This document shows positions 13,401 to 28,400 of a stretch of DNA of 64,000 bases, in pieces. The DNA is taken from NCBI GenBank assembly GCA_002633005.1, contig NMRA01000677.1, positions 62,001-126,000 of the forward strand, read 5' to 3'. The stretch comes from Phoronis australis. Taxonomy: Eukaryota > Animalia > Phoronida. The translations under genes were made by a program, and so were the position numbers. Every line of letters begins with the position of its first letter. The first letter of the stretch is position 1. Below the pieces are notes generated by a model. That model had not been told where the DNA came from, searched no databases, and worked only from the letters and a program-made list of their open reading frames with translations.

Positions 13401-16400
13401 CACAAGTACTACTCTCTTACCTCAGTGTTTTAATTAATGTAGGCACATCATCTTTAATGTTTATATTATCCAGTACTGTTACAGTTAAGTGACATGTGGT
13501 TACCTACTCATAAGCCTGAATTTGGTTGGGGGAGCTGAGCTTTGAGGCTGCCAGGTGCCCGACAAACATCCTAGGTTGAGCTCAAATGCTCGGCTCTTCA
13601 ACCAACCTTTCATAAGATCTAGTGTCACATAAGATCTAGTGCGTAATAATAATTTTTGTTTTCTGTTAAGGCCAGCACATGTTGAGATGATCGTTAGGAG
13701 ACTAGCAGTGCAATAGTGCTGTTGTTTCTGTGGCACCAGTGACTCTAAGTTTGAGATGGTCACAATAACCCTTGATCCCACACATAAACAAATTTAGGTT
13801 GGGCGAGGGTTTCCGGGTCCCGCTGCAGGCATGACCAAAATGATATTGGCATGCCGTTTTTTAGGGCTTACTTGAACATTTCCTTCAAAAATGTGGTTTG
13901 GTTCCCTTCTGTGGCATCCTAGGTCCGCCAAGGTAACCCAGTACTCCTTGCTTTACACAACTCGCCGTTCAACACCGAAAAGAGGTTGAATGGTGCAATG
14001 GCAAAGAATCATAATGATAAAGATACATCATGACCTCACATGAAGTTGCAATCTTTTCTAGGACCACCCTATATCCCAATGGCTCCCTGGCGTTGAGCTC
14101 TGTGAAGCCACGGGACGCTGGCACCTACAAGTGTATAGGAATCAGCAGCAATGGTCCTGCTCAGCCTTTCACCTCACAACTGATCGTTGCCTGTAAGTAC
14201 TTGGAATGCACCAGTTTTTGTTTATGTACCTATTTATTAAATATTTACTTGTTTATTTACGTTTACCAATTACTCTTCGTAGTTGGTGAAAGAAGCAGGG
14301 AGCAGCGACAGTCAGCTCATGTTTACTGTTTTCAAAAACCGACTTCAAATAAATATTGATTGATAAATTGTTGTGTGGTTGCTTAATGAATCCCCTGGGT
14401 CCTATTTGTTTATCATGTCTTGTGATGACAGCCTCAGCAAACAAATGTAAGGTGAATTTTCATTCTTGATTAGTCACCAAATGTCATCAGTTAGAGGCAT
14501 TGGCATAAAATCAAAAACGAACTGTGTGTGTATTTATCTGACATTTTACATCACTGTTCTCAGCTGTTAAAAGCCCGTTTCCTCGTTTTTTTAATTCTGT
14601 GTAGTTTATAACCATCGAGTACAGCAATTAATTGACAAGCACGAAGGTGGACATTTTTTTTTTGCTTCGTCTTCATGTCATCCATTAAAACTACTGTCAG
14701 ACAACATCCTTTTGTGTAGGTTTCAAATTGATATTGGAAAGCCAATCACTTGACGGATGCTAATTAGATCTTAGAAATAACACAATACCATGTGGCTTCC
14801 CTGAAGTGACGTTCTCCGTGAGAAAATAATTTGACAAAAACAGTAGCGTGGAATCAAACCTACCAGCTGCACCGTAACAGCAGAATGCTCTACGGCTGAG
14901 CCAAATCCCACGCATTAAATAACTGGGTGTTTTTAAGTGGATTTAAAAGGTATTGAAACTGATCCCGATTTCAGCAAATGTCTGACAAACAACAGCGATA
15001 TGCAATTAAATCATAAAAGCATTGGATGTTGTTGATTTACAGCTTTTGTGAAAGCTAATAATTTCAAGAAGTGCATCCCATTCAACAATATTCTTCATTT
15101 TTCGACTGCAAAAATCAGTAAAATGTTCATTTAATCCAAATGTACGTTATTGGCATTCAATATAATTGTGATTTGCTGTATAAGGGCAGAATTTCTGTCG
15201 TTTGAATTTCCATGCGTCACTATTCACATGGGAATTAAGTAGTGTGCCCAAGTTACTGTAGTACAATCCTGTCCTCGGATATCTGTAATTAGCACTAGCG
15301 TTAATTATCCCCACAGCATCCCACATGTTTAAAGTCACTTGGGTTACACCTCTCCAAGGTGTTTACACTCAGGTTAAACATGATCAGGTTAACTTTGTGT
15401 GTGGCTCAGCTGGGGAGAAGAGGTCATGCTGTGATCATGGGGTGATGTGTAGATATCAAGTGAAAGCAATAGTGTTGTACTGTGGGTGCTGGTTAACAAA
15501 TATTCAATGCTCCAGTCTATGGTGTACTTTCCTTGCATGGCAATATCTTGCTGGGGATGTCTTGTGTAATCTTGTGTCTATGGAGAGTCTTGAAGACTTC
15601 ATTTTTTTCTAGAAGTTTCAAGGCATTGGGCTGTTGAGAAATATCAGGATATTAGTTTTTCTTGTTAGATTGTGATCGCTATCATGTTCTCTCTAATGTT
15701 TAAGTGGAAAAATACTTTGAGTAGTCTGATTTAAAACGGTTATATATTTGTTGCATCAAAGGAACTAATTTTGATTTAGACCATTATAAAATTGAATTAA
15801 CTCGCTCCTTACTCACATGGATTGTTGGTCTTGCGTAGAACAGACATTTCGTTATTCCACTAGATCACGGTTGGTGAATAAAATGACATGTAATCATGAG
15901 TCTAATTGTAGAGCCCGGTCACAACCAATAACAAACTGTCAGTTCTTTGGAAGCCAGAAGTCACATGTATTTTGACTAAGGAATAATTTGACACCAATTT
16001 TGGAATGGTGTGTGGCCTAAAAAGAGTGGTATTTGTGTTGCTTTAATTCTGTACGCTGTTCAAATGTACTGCTTATGTGAAGTAGTGCTCCGATGTTGTC
16101 TACTTTCTCATTATCGAAGGATATGTAATGGACCCTTGCTCTAGTTCAACCCATCTTTTTCTTAAGCACCTTTTTGTTTTTTATAACCTTAATTAGATGG
16201 AGATCAGTCTGTCGCCAGTTAGATCATGTATCGATCAAGGCCATTAAAAATAAATGGGGCGATGTGTTCAACAAATTTGCCTGTAGGAATATTGCTGTTG
16301 CATTATGACATTGTCCGTGTCTAGTGTCCACTGCTTGCGATGCACACGGTGGGGAAATGGCACACCAACAGTCTGTGTCGCTTTTGTTTAGAAAATGATG

Positions 16401-19400
16401 AGAAAAAACAGAGTGGAAGTAAAAAAATTTTATGTTTTAATGACATTTTGTGGTGAAGATGTCTAGTTTGTGTCATAGAGTTTTTTGAAGTTCCACTGAT
16501 GTGGCTTTGTTGGTGGGAACTGCATCATCCATCCAGGCAGCTGTGTCTTGCTAACCTTACACAGTGTGTCTGCTAACTGGCAATATGTCTTGGTATATTT
16601 ATTTATGCTGTCTTGTGGAGTAGCCTAATGTTTATTTGAAAAGCCACCCTTTGTTGACTGTTTCCACTGTAATGTTGAATAATAGCTGTAGAAGCTGTAA
16701 CAGACACTGTTTGATTAACACCTTTGTCTTGTGTGGTTTATTTTTAATGGAGTGCTATGGAAATTAGATGTTGACTTTAATGGTTTTATGGCACCTAGTC
16801 TGTTTGTTCATTACCTGCTTACAGAATTGGTTATTTGTCTTCCAGCCTAATTGGGCATCCACTATTTCTTAATTTGGGTGATAAATTGTAAGTTGTTTAT
16901 TTGAGGGAATAATTTGATAAACAGAGCACTAGTTCGATCTTAATTTAATGTTTTATTTGGTGTCTAATGTTTGGTATTTGCAGTTTTACCAAGTGTAGGA
17001 ATTCGGGAGAAGTGTTGTGTGGATTGACTTTACTGTCAACCTTTTTCACAACAGTCCTGTGTCATGTGCTGTCAAAACAAAATTGGTTAAATTTTGATGA
17101 AATTTGAAGCTTATATGTGGGAGAGAGGGTCAACTCCATGTTTGTTTGTTGATCTACTGTATCCATTTGATTTTCTGAAATCCTGTAGAGCTTGATTTTC
17201 GATTTTTTAACAATTTGTCATCGATTGGGTCACGTGACCATGTCTTTAAGTAAAGTTTAGAAAAATAGGAAGGTATATTGGCAGCAAAACAACGGTATCG
17301 ATAACATGATAAAAACTGCACAGGATTAAATTTAAAAAACACTTGCTTCGTTTTCATTTTATTGCAACTTTTTGACTTTCTTCATGATCATCATAAATGT
17401 CCTATTTTTATAGCAACGGAACATTTTAAAAGCAATTCCTTGCATTGTCATGGAGATCTTAAATAATTTTGCGTGGTTCACCATTGGGGGGAGGACTGGT
17501 TTTTTGTAGTGGACAGCATGATTAATGAGTACTTGAAAACTTAATCAACCCACTTCCAGGCAGACAGATGGTGGTGTCATTTAATGCAGAACCAGTTCTC
17601 ATCAACTCACTGTCGACATTTTCCCTGAGACCACTCATCTTGTGGGGGTTGTGATCTCAAAACTAATACATATATATAATGAAAACATCGTGAAATAATT
17701 GAATCTCTGAGAAGGCTACTAATAAACACCAAAACAATTTAATCTGTGTCTCTAGAAAATTTCATAACAATGCCAATCAAATGTCGATAACCTCAGTCTA
17801 TTAATGGAAAAATTGAACATTCCAAAAACTCATGAAATCTTGTCTAGTTTCAATTCCAAACAATTCAAAATCAATGAAGATGGTCAAAACACGGATTCAG
17901 CAATTTTATGGGTTGTGGCATTGCTCTGAAGCCATCGTCAATTGTTCAGACTTGTTGTAATTGGGAAGACATTTGTAAGCCATATCCTGTCTGCTACTAC
18001 CTTGAATTGACAGTTTTCTTTATTCGCTTGTCAATTTCCTCTTGGGGGTTATGTTTCAATCAACACCTTACTATAGGATTGCCTTGTCTTTAACTATGAG
18101 TTTGCTATTTAGTGAGGCTCATATCAATCTCAGGTTTCATGTTTTTGTCAATAACATGTATTAGCGAGCTAAACAGTGAGTGTTGTGAATAGCTGGCTTA
18201 GTAACAGGTCCCCTTGGCAATTTCTGTAATTGTTGTCTCTAGAAAATAGTATGTGTTCGTTTGAAATTCTGGTGATCTCAGGGTAATAAAAATATTGTCG
18301 ACTGTGCCGTTTTCACTAAAACAAAAGTAATTCATCAAAATACTGTTTTCATTTCTTCACAACCTGTTACGGCTTGTCACCTCTGTCAAGGTTGAATTTT
18401 GTCGTGACGAGTTTAATGTACTGAGGTCAAGTTCGAAAACCTATGCAAAGAGTTTAAAGTATTGGGAGATTAGTCATTTCTGAAGAAAAACAAGGAAATT
18501 TTGTATTTTTGGTACTAGTCCAATGCATTTATTCCCAGACTTAACGCACAAACTCCTCATAGCAAGTTCTGTTAATAACAAAAATGAGTAGTGATAACTA
18601 TTATGGGCGGCAAAATGCTAATTGCAAAGTGTCTGACTCCCCTGTTAATTCCCCTTCAGTCTCAGTCTTGAGGCGAGACTAATTTTGCGATGAATTAGGC
18701 TTCCGCCTAGCCATCATAACTGGGAATTTTAGGTATTTTGTCTGAATACTTTAGGCTTGTATGATGAAATATTGCCTATAGCTTGATAGAAACTGACAAC
18801 AATCTTTGAAACTGGCTTGAGGCAAACAAAATTGCTTGAACAATGTGGCTACTGTATTGATTTGGGTACTGTAACATGACATCATTATTCCATGCAAATG
18901 ACAATTTCTATGGTAAATGACAATTTCTATGCATAGAGTAACCTATTCTGCACTTTGGATAAACACCTTTAATGTACAGAAGCACTTCATAAATGGAACC
19001 GAATTGTCTTCCTAAGAGATAGGCTGATCTATTTTTTCGTGTCATATTCCCAGTTCAAATAAGCGAGGACGGTAATTCATTAGCACAAAAATTGATATGT
19101 CACCTTAACTGCTGTATGGTTCCAGCTATCGTCGTGCAACGTTTTGAAAAAAGCAAGAATTGTAGGCCTTCACTACGATATAACTATCTCTTTAAGCGAC
19201 AATACACCGTATTCACGCAGTTGCCATTTTATAAGTGAGCCTCGTTTTAGGTTTTAAAAACATTGCATTTTGCGCTTAAATACAGCGCAAAGTGCGATTT
19301 TTTTCACGTGCGTCATTATATTCATGTCTCAAATGCATCGTTTTTTAAACCTAAAAAGAGGCTCGCTACTAAAATGGCAACTACGTGAATAAGGTCTATA

Positions 19401-22400
19401 AAAACACATGTAGACCTCTAGTACCTCTATGAAATTGGCCTCAGCTTGATGAGAAGTGATTTTTGTGCTGGCAAAAGAACTGACAGTTCAGTTATTGCTC
19501 CTGACAGTGGTCCACCAATAAAGTGACACCAATAAAAATGACATGCTCTGACAAGTCAACTAAGCCTTATCTCGACCAGTAATGAGCTGCCAGTGCCTCC
19601 CCGAGTTCAGAAATCACACCTATTTCGATTAATTATTAATTTGGGACCAATTTCATGGCAGTAGGTGGTGTAAATCAAAATTTAGTATTTGTCATGGAGA
19701 CGGTCGCTTTAAAAAGTGAAAAACGAGAATTTTGGAGATAACCTTGGGTTAGGTGAGTTCATATGGTAATTAACCAGTCCCTTTGAATGGGTCCAAAGAC
19801 AGTTTTTGATTGATAAGTTCATAAATTTATTCTGGTTTCATCATTATTAACTGATCTCACGCTTTATGTTATGTGTTTTTTGCAAGTCCGTGGTCATGTT
19901 AAACATTCAAATTTGGCACTGCGTAAACGAAAAGATTAATGTAGTACTTTCGTTCATCGCACGAATAGGTACAGACGAGTTGTCAAATATGTGGTGACGG
20001 TTTTTACTACGATGCCAGACAAAGAATTACCTCTTACTGCTCAGGGAGCTGACCTAACCGCAATTTGTTACCACTTGGAGATCTACACTCTGAGTCAGTT
20101 GGCGTTGCACTTCATACTAATACTGGCATCCCAATCTGGCGGAACACACTGTAAAGCACTTAGCACTGGATATCTTTATAATTGCACTAATAGATATGTC
20201 AGTGTGTGAATCATGTGTCGAGGGTTGTCACTTTTCTACAAGCTCAGCAGTCCTCATGGTTTTAGCTGGTGTGGCCGTGAACGCTTCTTGACTGTCGGCT
20301 AGGGCTGAAGGTTGCTTGGCTGTCGGTTGGTGCTGGGAATTGCATCAAAATGCCAACAGCAGTTTTTATTCCCTTCTAGATTTTCCCTAGACAAGTGTTT
20401 GCATTTGTTTTGCCGTTATATGTTTTTATATTTATGGGAGCTATGTCTTTTGAATAGGTCTGCCACTTTCTAGTAAACAATGAATAAAAATAAGCTGGCC
20501 GGCAAAGTCCATATATCATTATGTTTTGATTTTGTTCATTCGGAATTGAGTCGGAAAGCATGTCAACAACTTCTCCAGTAATTAAACTTGTACGTAGTTT
20601 TAATTAAGACTTTGTCGAATACGAAAAGAATCATTTGTATCCACTTGGTGCATTGACTGTTCTTTTAAGATGTTGTGTTGACCACAAGGTGGCAGCACTG
20701 CATGGCGTGAAAGTCCTGATTAACAATTTCTTGAATTTTTTGAACCTGTGCCCTTTGGGTGCGCCTGATGATAAAAAGTGTGCTTTTTTTCAAAACGTTG
20801 TGCCAAGCAGACTTTGTGTAATTAAAGTGGTAAACATATGAAACAGAAACCCCGAGGCCTAGGGCAATCAAAATAATAACAGTCAATCATGTTCACATAT
20901 AAATTGCATATTTATTTAAAAATTACATTCCAAAAGGCGATCTTATGAAGGCTTCAAACAGACTGTTCATCTGTGGTGGAATAAGAACATACTGGCTGTA
21001 AGTTGTCTAGAATCTTGCATTTTTGGAAGAGTGTTGCGTTTTAAAAGATGTGCCTTTGGGGCACACCACTGCAATATACTCGTGCCTTTTTATTTTTTTT
21101 ATGCACTAATCGTGCAAAGGCGCGGTCCAGGAATGTCCTTGATATCTTGTTTGACAGGTTTAAGAAGTGACTTGCATCATGGATAAGCATCAACCCACCA
21201 TTTCCTTTCGTTTATGTTTAGCTCTACAAGACTTGACTGCAGACTCATTTGAACCAAGACTGCCAGAAAGCCGACGACTCATCAAAGCTGCCAGAAAGCG
21301 TTTTGAGATCTCCTGCTACCCACCAGGTGGAGTGCCGGCGCCCACGCAGAGGTATGCACTTCCATGTAAACTGTACGTGTTAATCAAAACACAAGGAACA
21401 GTAGAAAAAAAAGATGTTCATCTCAGCTTAGACCTCCCATATTTCCATATCTCATGAAATTATTATTTTAAAAGATTGAAAATTCGCCTTTACTGAAGAG
21501 AGACAAAGAAATGTAATTAATTTTTTTCTGAATCGTTTGAAGTGTGCTAAATAATTGGTTGGCTTGCTGAAGCAGAGAGTCTGGAAAGATGACCACTAAC
21601 ATGACGAAAATGACTTCCATAAATAGTTAAACATGTATGGATCAGTATGAAAATCATTACATGATAGACAATTGTGAATTTATCATAACTGCTGACAGGT
21701 TACAAAAGCAAACTGCAATAAGCTTAGCCAGTTTCAGTCTCTGTTAGCTTTCTGCAGAAAGTCCCGTTTCTCTACGACTCGAAAGGCAGATCCCTTCATT
21801 TTGCCCAATTGGTAGCCCTCTGCCCTTCCCATTGCCTTGTTTCTAGCAAACCCCACCAAGTGGACAGTTGTGAACTCTGGTGCAGCTTTGTTCAGTTGCG
21901 GTGTCAAAATGGCGTACCAATATGTTAGTGGGTTCAAGTTTCATTAACTTTCCAATTAATTAATTTTCCATTTGGTGTAGCCACTCTCTAGGCTGTTTGA
22001 TCTCTCCCCAGACTGTTGTGTGTGCACTGCCCCAGGCTTGTTTATACACGGTGACACACAGAGGGCAACCTGGCTAATGGATTTCCTGTGTGAGGGTCAG
22101 TGTGCCAAAAATCTGTTGGTCTTATTTCAATCTCGTATTTGCAGCATCAGATTGCAAATTCTGTATAATAGATTAAATGATTTTTGTAGACTGTCTTCAG
22201 TATCCACTTTTCTTTGAACCGGGTATGAGTTGGCGTACAAGAGAGCCATGGGCCCCAGTTAATACCCTCCACTCATTTTGACATTGTGTGTGGTCCTCAT
22301 ATTCTTACTAAAAAGGTCCCCCATTGCCGTTACTCATTTCACCCGCTTAACCAAGTCTATCAATTTTAGGTTTTGTCCCCGGTTTCTTGAATACTTCTGA

Positions 22401-25400
22401 CAATGCTAGTGTTGCAGTATTAACATTTTGTTGAGAAATTTGGTATAATCTACAATATGCCACCATATAAGATCAGGAAGTTTGTTATAAAATAAACCTC
22501 ATATTCAATTAATGTAATCTTATGTACCAGGTGGGAGGGCCCTACTGGCCGTGCGATCACAGATCAAGGCCGTATATTTGTCGAGAACTCTAAGCTGGTG
22601 ATCAGTGACCTTCAGGAGGACGATTCGGGCAAATACACATGCGTTGCCAGTAATTTGGCTGGCGAAACCAGGATGAACGTGACGCTTCTTGTCTCGGGTA
22701 AGATTTGTTTTGCAATGCCTGAAGTTTGCTTGTGAATGTATACCCTCATCAGGTCTGATCATGTCTGTTAACCATTGAGGTTTGGAGTTAGCAGGACTTG
22801 ACATGAACAATTTTTGGTGGTTGATCCTCCGACCTCTCCATTTGTATCATGTTTCTTAAATATGCGCGTTAAAGGGACATCGTTGAGAAAATTACATGAC
22901 TTGCATGTAAGGAACATAAGCTGCAGTCAGAATGGGGTTGTAGAAATTCATCTTAATCTCAAATTTCAAAATGTAATCAGTCTAGTGAATGAATAAATGA
23001 ACGTGGAATGTCTTTTGGAATAGATTGATCTGATGGGTGGTAGTATAAATTACTTAATTATTAATAATCTAATATGTATTTGTAGATGGTATGCCAGGCC
23101 TACTTTTAATCACTGGTACTTGCCTGTTACGTATTTTGAACTGTATAAATTTTTAAAATCTAATTTCATAGTTTCTCCCGTAATTGTGCGCGAACCCTCT
23201 GACAAGATTGTTGAAGAAGACGGCGTTGCTGAATTTGAGTGTGGTTACGTTGGTTCTGAGCAGCCCATAACTTCCATCGTCTGGCTCAAGGGGCAGGCTA
23301 TACTGACACCCTCTTACGTAAGTGGTTTGTTGATAAGTTAGAGGATGCTGCCTTGTGAAATAAGGCGATGATGGGCATAACTGATGTTTTTGGTAATAAA
23401 TGTTACAAAAATAAATTTCCTATCAAAAATAGGAGAGTGCGTGAAAATTCTTTTGAAAACATGGGAATGACAATGGATGGAATACTCAAGGAAGTGAGTC
23501 TCAGAAATGGGTGAAAAAATCATAATTTAATGCAGCTGTTGTAGATTCAGTCTGTGCCCAAGTGTAAGTTCTTGTTGAGCCAATCAGATATTCTGGTCCA
23601 AAACTTGTTCCTCTACTCTCTCTCTCTCTCCTCACTGCGTTGTGTCTCGGAAGCTGGCTAAAACGAAAATCAAAAGAGGACTTTTACACTAATCAAATGG
23701 ATCTCATTACATTCCATATTGTGATAGGATTCTGTTTAATTTACTAACAACACCATCAAAACTGTTAGCAGCTTAACAAAACGGTTTGAAGAATATTGGG
23801 GCTGTCCAACCCAAAAATTGCGTATTCGGAAATTGTGCTTTTACCTAATCGCCTGTGACTTGAATTGCGGTCTCGTTCAGTAGCAATTGAAGATTGAATT
23901 AGCGTAGTACTGTTTTTTAACCCCAAACCGCTTTGACAGTCAACCAGCAGCAAAATGCAGTTTTAAGCTGATGGAGAGTCTTAAAAAATGTGTACATTTA
24001 GCCAAATGTCTTTAAACCTGCAGAATTTATTTTGTTGAAAGCATAATTATATTATATTTTGTGGAAGTAGAAACTGTGTGGAATTTGATTTTCAAGGTAA
24101 CACCAAACTACAACCACTTTGGTCACGTGACCATGTCTTTTTAGTAAAATTTAGCAAAAAAGAAAGGTATATTCATAATCAAACAACATAAAAAATTCTG
24201 TTTAATGTAAATGTCCAAGATAAAATCTCAAAAATGCTGTTAAATTTTGTACTGACAATTTCGTTTTCGTTTCATGCCACTCATACAAAAAAAGAAATGT
24301 TTTAAAAACAACGGTGTTTTTAAGAACAGTAGCACAGCATCTGAAGATTTAATGTGAATCCAATCGGCCATTTCATAGAAATGATGTTCAGAAGGTAGCT
24401 AAAATTGGACATTTTTCTTGTATCCTAAATAACCTTAAATAATAGTTCTAGTATCTCTTACCGTACCGTTGTTATTGTAGGGCTCTAATTTTAAAATAAC
24501 GCCAGGTCACCTGTCATCCAAGTTGACCATTCGCACAGTGAGGACGTCTGATGAGGGCCGGTACTCGTGCAACATCACGACAATAGGTCAAACACCAGTG
24601 GTGACTACCCAAGCACGGCTGACAGTTCGAAGTAAGTCTTTATGCTTTTTGTGTTCAAACGTTTGTGGTATATTCTGTTTGAAGTTGAAGAAATGTTTGC
24701 ACTAAGTTTTGCCTGAAATTGATACGATTTTACTGTGTATCAGTAAAAACTCTCCTTGCCGGGTGTGATGAACTAGTGGATCATGTTTATTGAAAACAAC
24801 AGAATGAAACGTGTTGCATGTGTGAATCAAAACCATACCACTTGCCTTTTGAAACTTGTTCTTTATCAACTGAAGTCATAAAAGAAGTGATAGATGCTTA
24901 GTTGGCAAACCACTTCGTACAACTTTAAGATATATTTGTTAAATTTTTATCAAAAAGAAGTGTTTAAAGTGACTTTGGTTGGTGCGTTTTTCTTAAAACA
25001 GTGAGGCCTGAGTTTCAAATGATGCCATTTTTGCCCTTAAGTGTGAAGTTTTCTCCTGGTTTCTTACTTGCAGAAAAATTGAAGTTTGTGCCAAAGCCAG
25101 TTGACACTGACCTTGATCTGAACACCATCTTCACGATACATTGTGTTGCTGAAGGGGCGACAACTCCAAAAGTGAAGTGGATAAGATATGGAGCTCGAGC
25201 TCTGCCTGCAGGGGTCAAGGTAAGCAATGCCATTCACAATTACGTTAAAATGTCTCCTGGCAGAGTGAAGGAATGATATGAATGATCTTGACTTGCACCC
25301 AGGATCTAATCTTCAAAGTCAGACTCAACTCAAAACAACCAATCGTGCTGCGCGATTCGAGTACAAATTTGTAAGCTTACTCCAGGCGTGCCATGTAAAT

Positions 25401-28400
25401 GGTCAGTTTTCCAGTCAACTTGGAAGTACTAAGCTTAGACCTCAGGGTCTGATCTTCTGGAAACTTAATCGATTGTTTTCCCAGCATTGCAGAACTTTGC
25501 AGAACTGGTCGTTTCTTTCAACTCTGGAATTGCCAGTGTCTAATTCCTGGCAAAAAGATGCTACATTCTGTTGCAGGGCTCGGAATTTTCCTCTCTTAAG
25601 AGCATTTTCTCTTTTTTGGTTTTGATTTCCTTTTATTTGATTACCAGTTTTCTCTTTTTCCGTCTCTTTTTTGTTGTCATTTTGACTTTATTTATGTAAA
25701 AGGTCTGTTTTAGTTAAATTTTACAACACAAAAAATATTTGTAGTTCACAAGCCCATTTATTTGTAGAAAAATTTCCTCTTTTTTGTCATTGACCATCGC
25801 AAGGTCAGAGAAAATATTCAAACACGTTTTCAGAAGACTCTGTATATATTTTCATGTCAAGTTTGACACTTGAATGCTTTATAATATCACAAATGGTTCA
25901 AGTTAAGTCACTCACTAGGCACCCATTCCTTATGAAAATGTTGATGACAAGATTTTTACTCCCATCTACAGCGTTCCACTCCAAAGCAGTGAGCTTGCGT
26001 AAAACTCGTCTATTTGCTGGAAGGTCACTTGCGAACTGATTTTCATTTTAGGACGTTAGTGGGAAGTTGACCTTTGACCCGGTCAAAAAATCCCAAGCAG
26101 GCCAGTACACCTGTGTTGCGTGGATAGACCAAAGCTCCGAGCTGATAAACATTACCATACGGGTGACAGTGGGATGTAAGTTGGACTTGTAATTCTTCTG
26201 AGGTTTTTACACTGATAGGTGCTGGTAATAAATCAGTGGGAACTGTCGTAGATAGACCTTGTGAGCTGCAGTAATCTTTCACCAATGCAATACTGTACAG
26301 CACGATGGTAAAGTGGGGTTCAATTGTCAAATTTCTGGTTTATAAAATAGAAAATTCTGTTCCACTGCTGACCTAGTTTGTGCAAGAGTACTACTGTCAT
26401 ACAAAGGGACATCTGGTGGCGGGGAAGATGGGCTTTGAACAAAAAATTTGTCAAATTTTAACTAATGCTTACTTCACTTTATGTTACATCAGACACGCTC
26501 ATGTAGTCTCTCCACTCATTTCTTTAGAATTACAGTCAACTAATAGGTAGTCTTAATTTTAAATTTCTAATTTTCATGTTTTGTGCATAATAATTGAATA
26601 TTAAGGTCTGTGTTTCAATCTTTTCTTGTTGTGTTGATTTCAAATATTATGGTTTTCAGTGAAGCCTCGCATTCAGGTCAAGCCAGTGAACACAGTGGCG
26701 TATGAGGGTCATCCAGCCATTTTGAACTGTGTTGCTACAGGCGACCCAAAACCACGTGTCAACTGGGTCAAACAGAAGTCTGTGTTGCGGCTTGATAGCT
26801 CGCGTATGAAGGTATGTATTTAAGCTTAGAAATATTACACAAGGCTTTGTTGTCTCTGTTGTATTTTTGAAGGGTAGATGGAACAAAATTAGTTATCTTA
26901 AAGCTGCCTTTTAACAACTAAGACAGATTTTGCTGTTTGAGATAATGTGAAAAAAAACTGTTAGTTGGTAATCTATGACTAAGGAAATGAATTGCTTTAG
27001 CTGTTATTTTTTGCTGTATTTTTCGTTTTTAACACTAGTCATAATACGAGGTGAAATTCTGAATCGAATGGACATCTTGCTGTTATGCCTCTGGTTGCAC
27101 TGTCATTGGCCGGGATATTGGCACGGGATCTTTGTTCATGTGTATCATTACTGTGACATCAGAGACCATCTCCTCTAATTGTCTACAAGTTGTCAGGAAC
27201 CTTGCGATTAAAGCACCACTTTGATATAACTGACAAGCTCTCCACAGTTGTCTAGTTGCGCTCGATAACCTGGTGACTAACACACAAGATACTCAGCCAT
27301 GGGTTTCATTTCCATATTGAGGGACCCTTATTCCCATTGCAACCCATCATTGTTCTGTGAAAACATTCCCTCCTGATAGAGACTGGTTCCGATGTTATCA
27401 AAGAAGAAAAATTTGTCGGTCCCCAGATGCTGAAGGTTGCCAATCTTAAAAATTTTTAATCCGCTTTTCCAAGGACTAACTATAAATTGTTTAGGTTAAT
27501 AACCACTGTATGAACAATGAGGTCATAAATAATGTTATCATTAATTTTACTGTAATAATATTGCTTTGCTGTGATGAATTTGGCACCAGTTCTAATTGTT
27601 GCAGATATTTCCCAATGGTTCCCTATACTTCAGCGAGGTTCACAAATCTGACATCGGTGTCTATGGGTGCATTGCTGGTAACCGAGGTGGCTTGACTAGG
27701 GTAGAGGCCACACTAAGAGTTCGTGGTAAGCCTCTTCTTTCCAATATTCCAATATTGGTTGAGACATCATTGTCTTTTCTTGGACTACATTATGTGTTGG
27801 AGTTTGCTAAGTAAATGATCAATGTTGCTGAGAATTTGACGAAATTTAGCAAAAATGTTTTCTGTTAATTTTCCATTGGTTTACAGTCAGTTAATTGCCT
27901 CTATTTTCTTGATTTTTAACTAAACTTGTGAACTTTTATAAAAAACTGTTGTATTTGACTTTTTCAATGCTTAGTTAGAGCTGCATTAAGCTGGTTAAAA
28001 GCAAAAATTGAATTTGGCCGTTTACAGTGGTAAAATTGGTCTTATCATATTTCTTAACATGACGAGATTCACTTTCCTAGAAATTCCCTTATTGAAGATT
28101 CACTTTCCTAGAAAATGCCTTAATGAAGCTGTAACCGTGACCACCAGAGAATTACGTGGTACGTAAATGCGCTGGCAGTGAAAATTTCAAAGAAATGTAA
28201 TGTTTTCATTACAAAATCTGAATCCTAACAACTAAAACGCAAAGTTTCCTTATTTGCGACTTCTTTCACACACACAGGCAAAGACAAAAATATTCCCAAG
28301 AATGCAGACTCGTTTAACCCTGATGTGCCTGGTTTGTTCGGATCGATGAATGGCTCTGATTATAATGGGAAGGAACAAGAAGAGGATGGACTGGGGCTGA

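Noticed and set aside
14836-14909. Functional tRNA gene
   Set aside because: A/B boxes are present but the acceptor and anticodon stems do not pair; kept only as a degenerate SINE-like head.
24764-24876. Possible C/D-box snoRNA (GTGATGA...CTGA) in a PTK7 intron
   Set aside because: No convincing terminal stem or recognisable rRNA guide; such motif pairs arise by chance.
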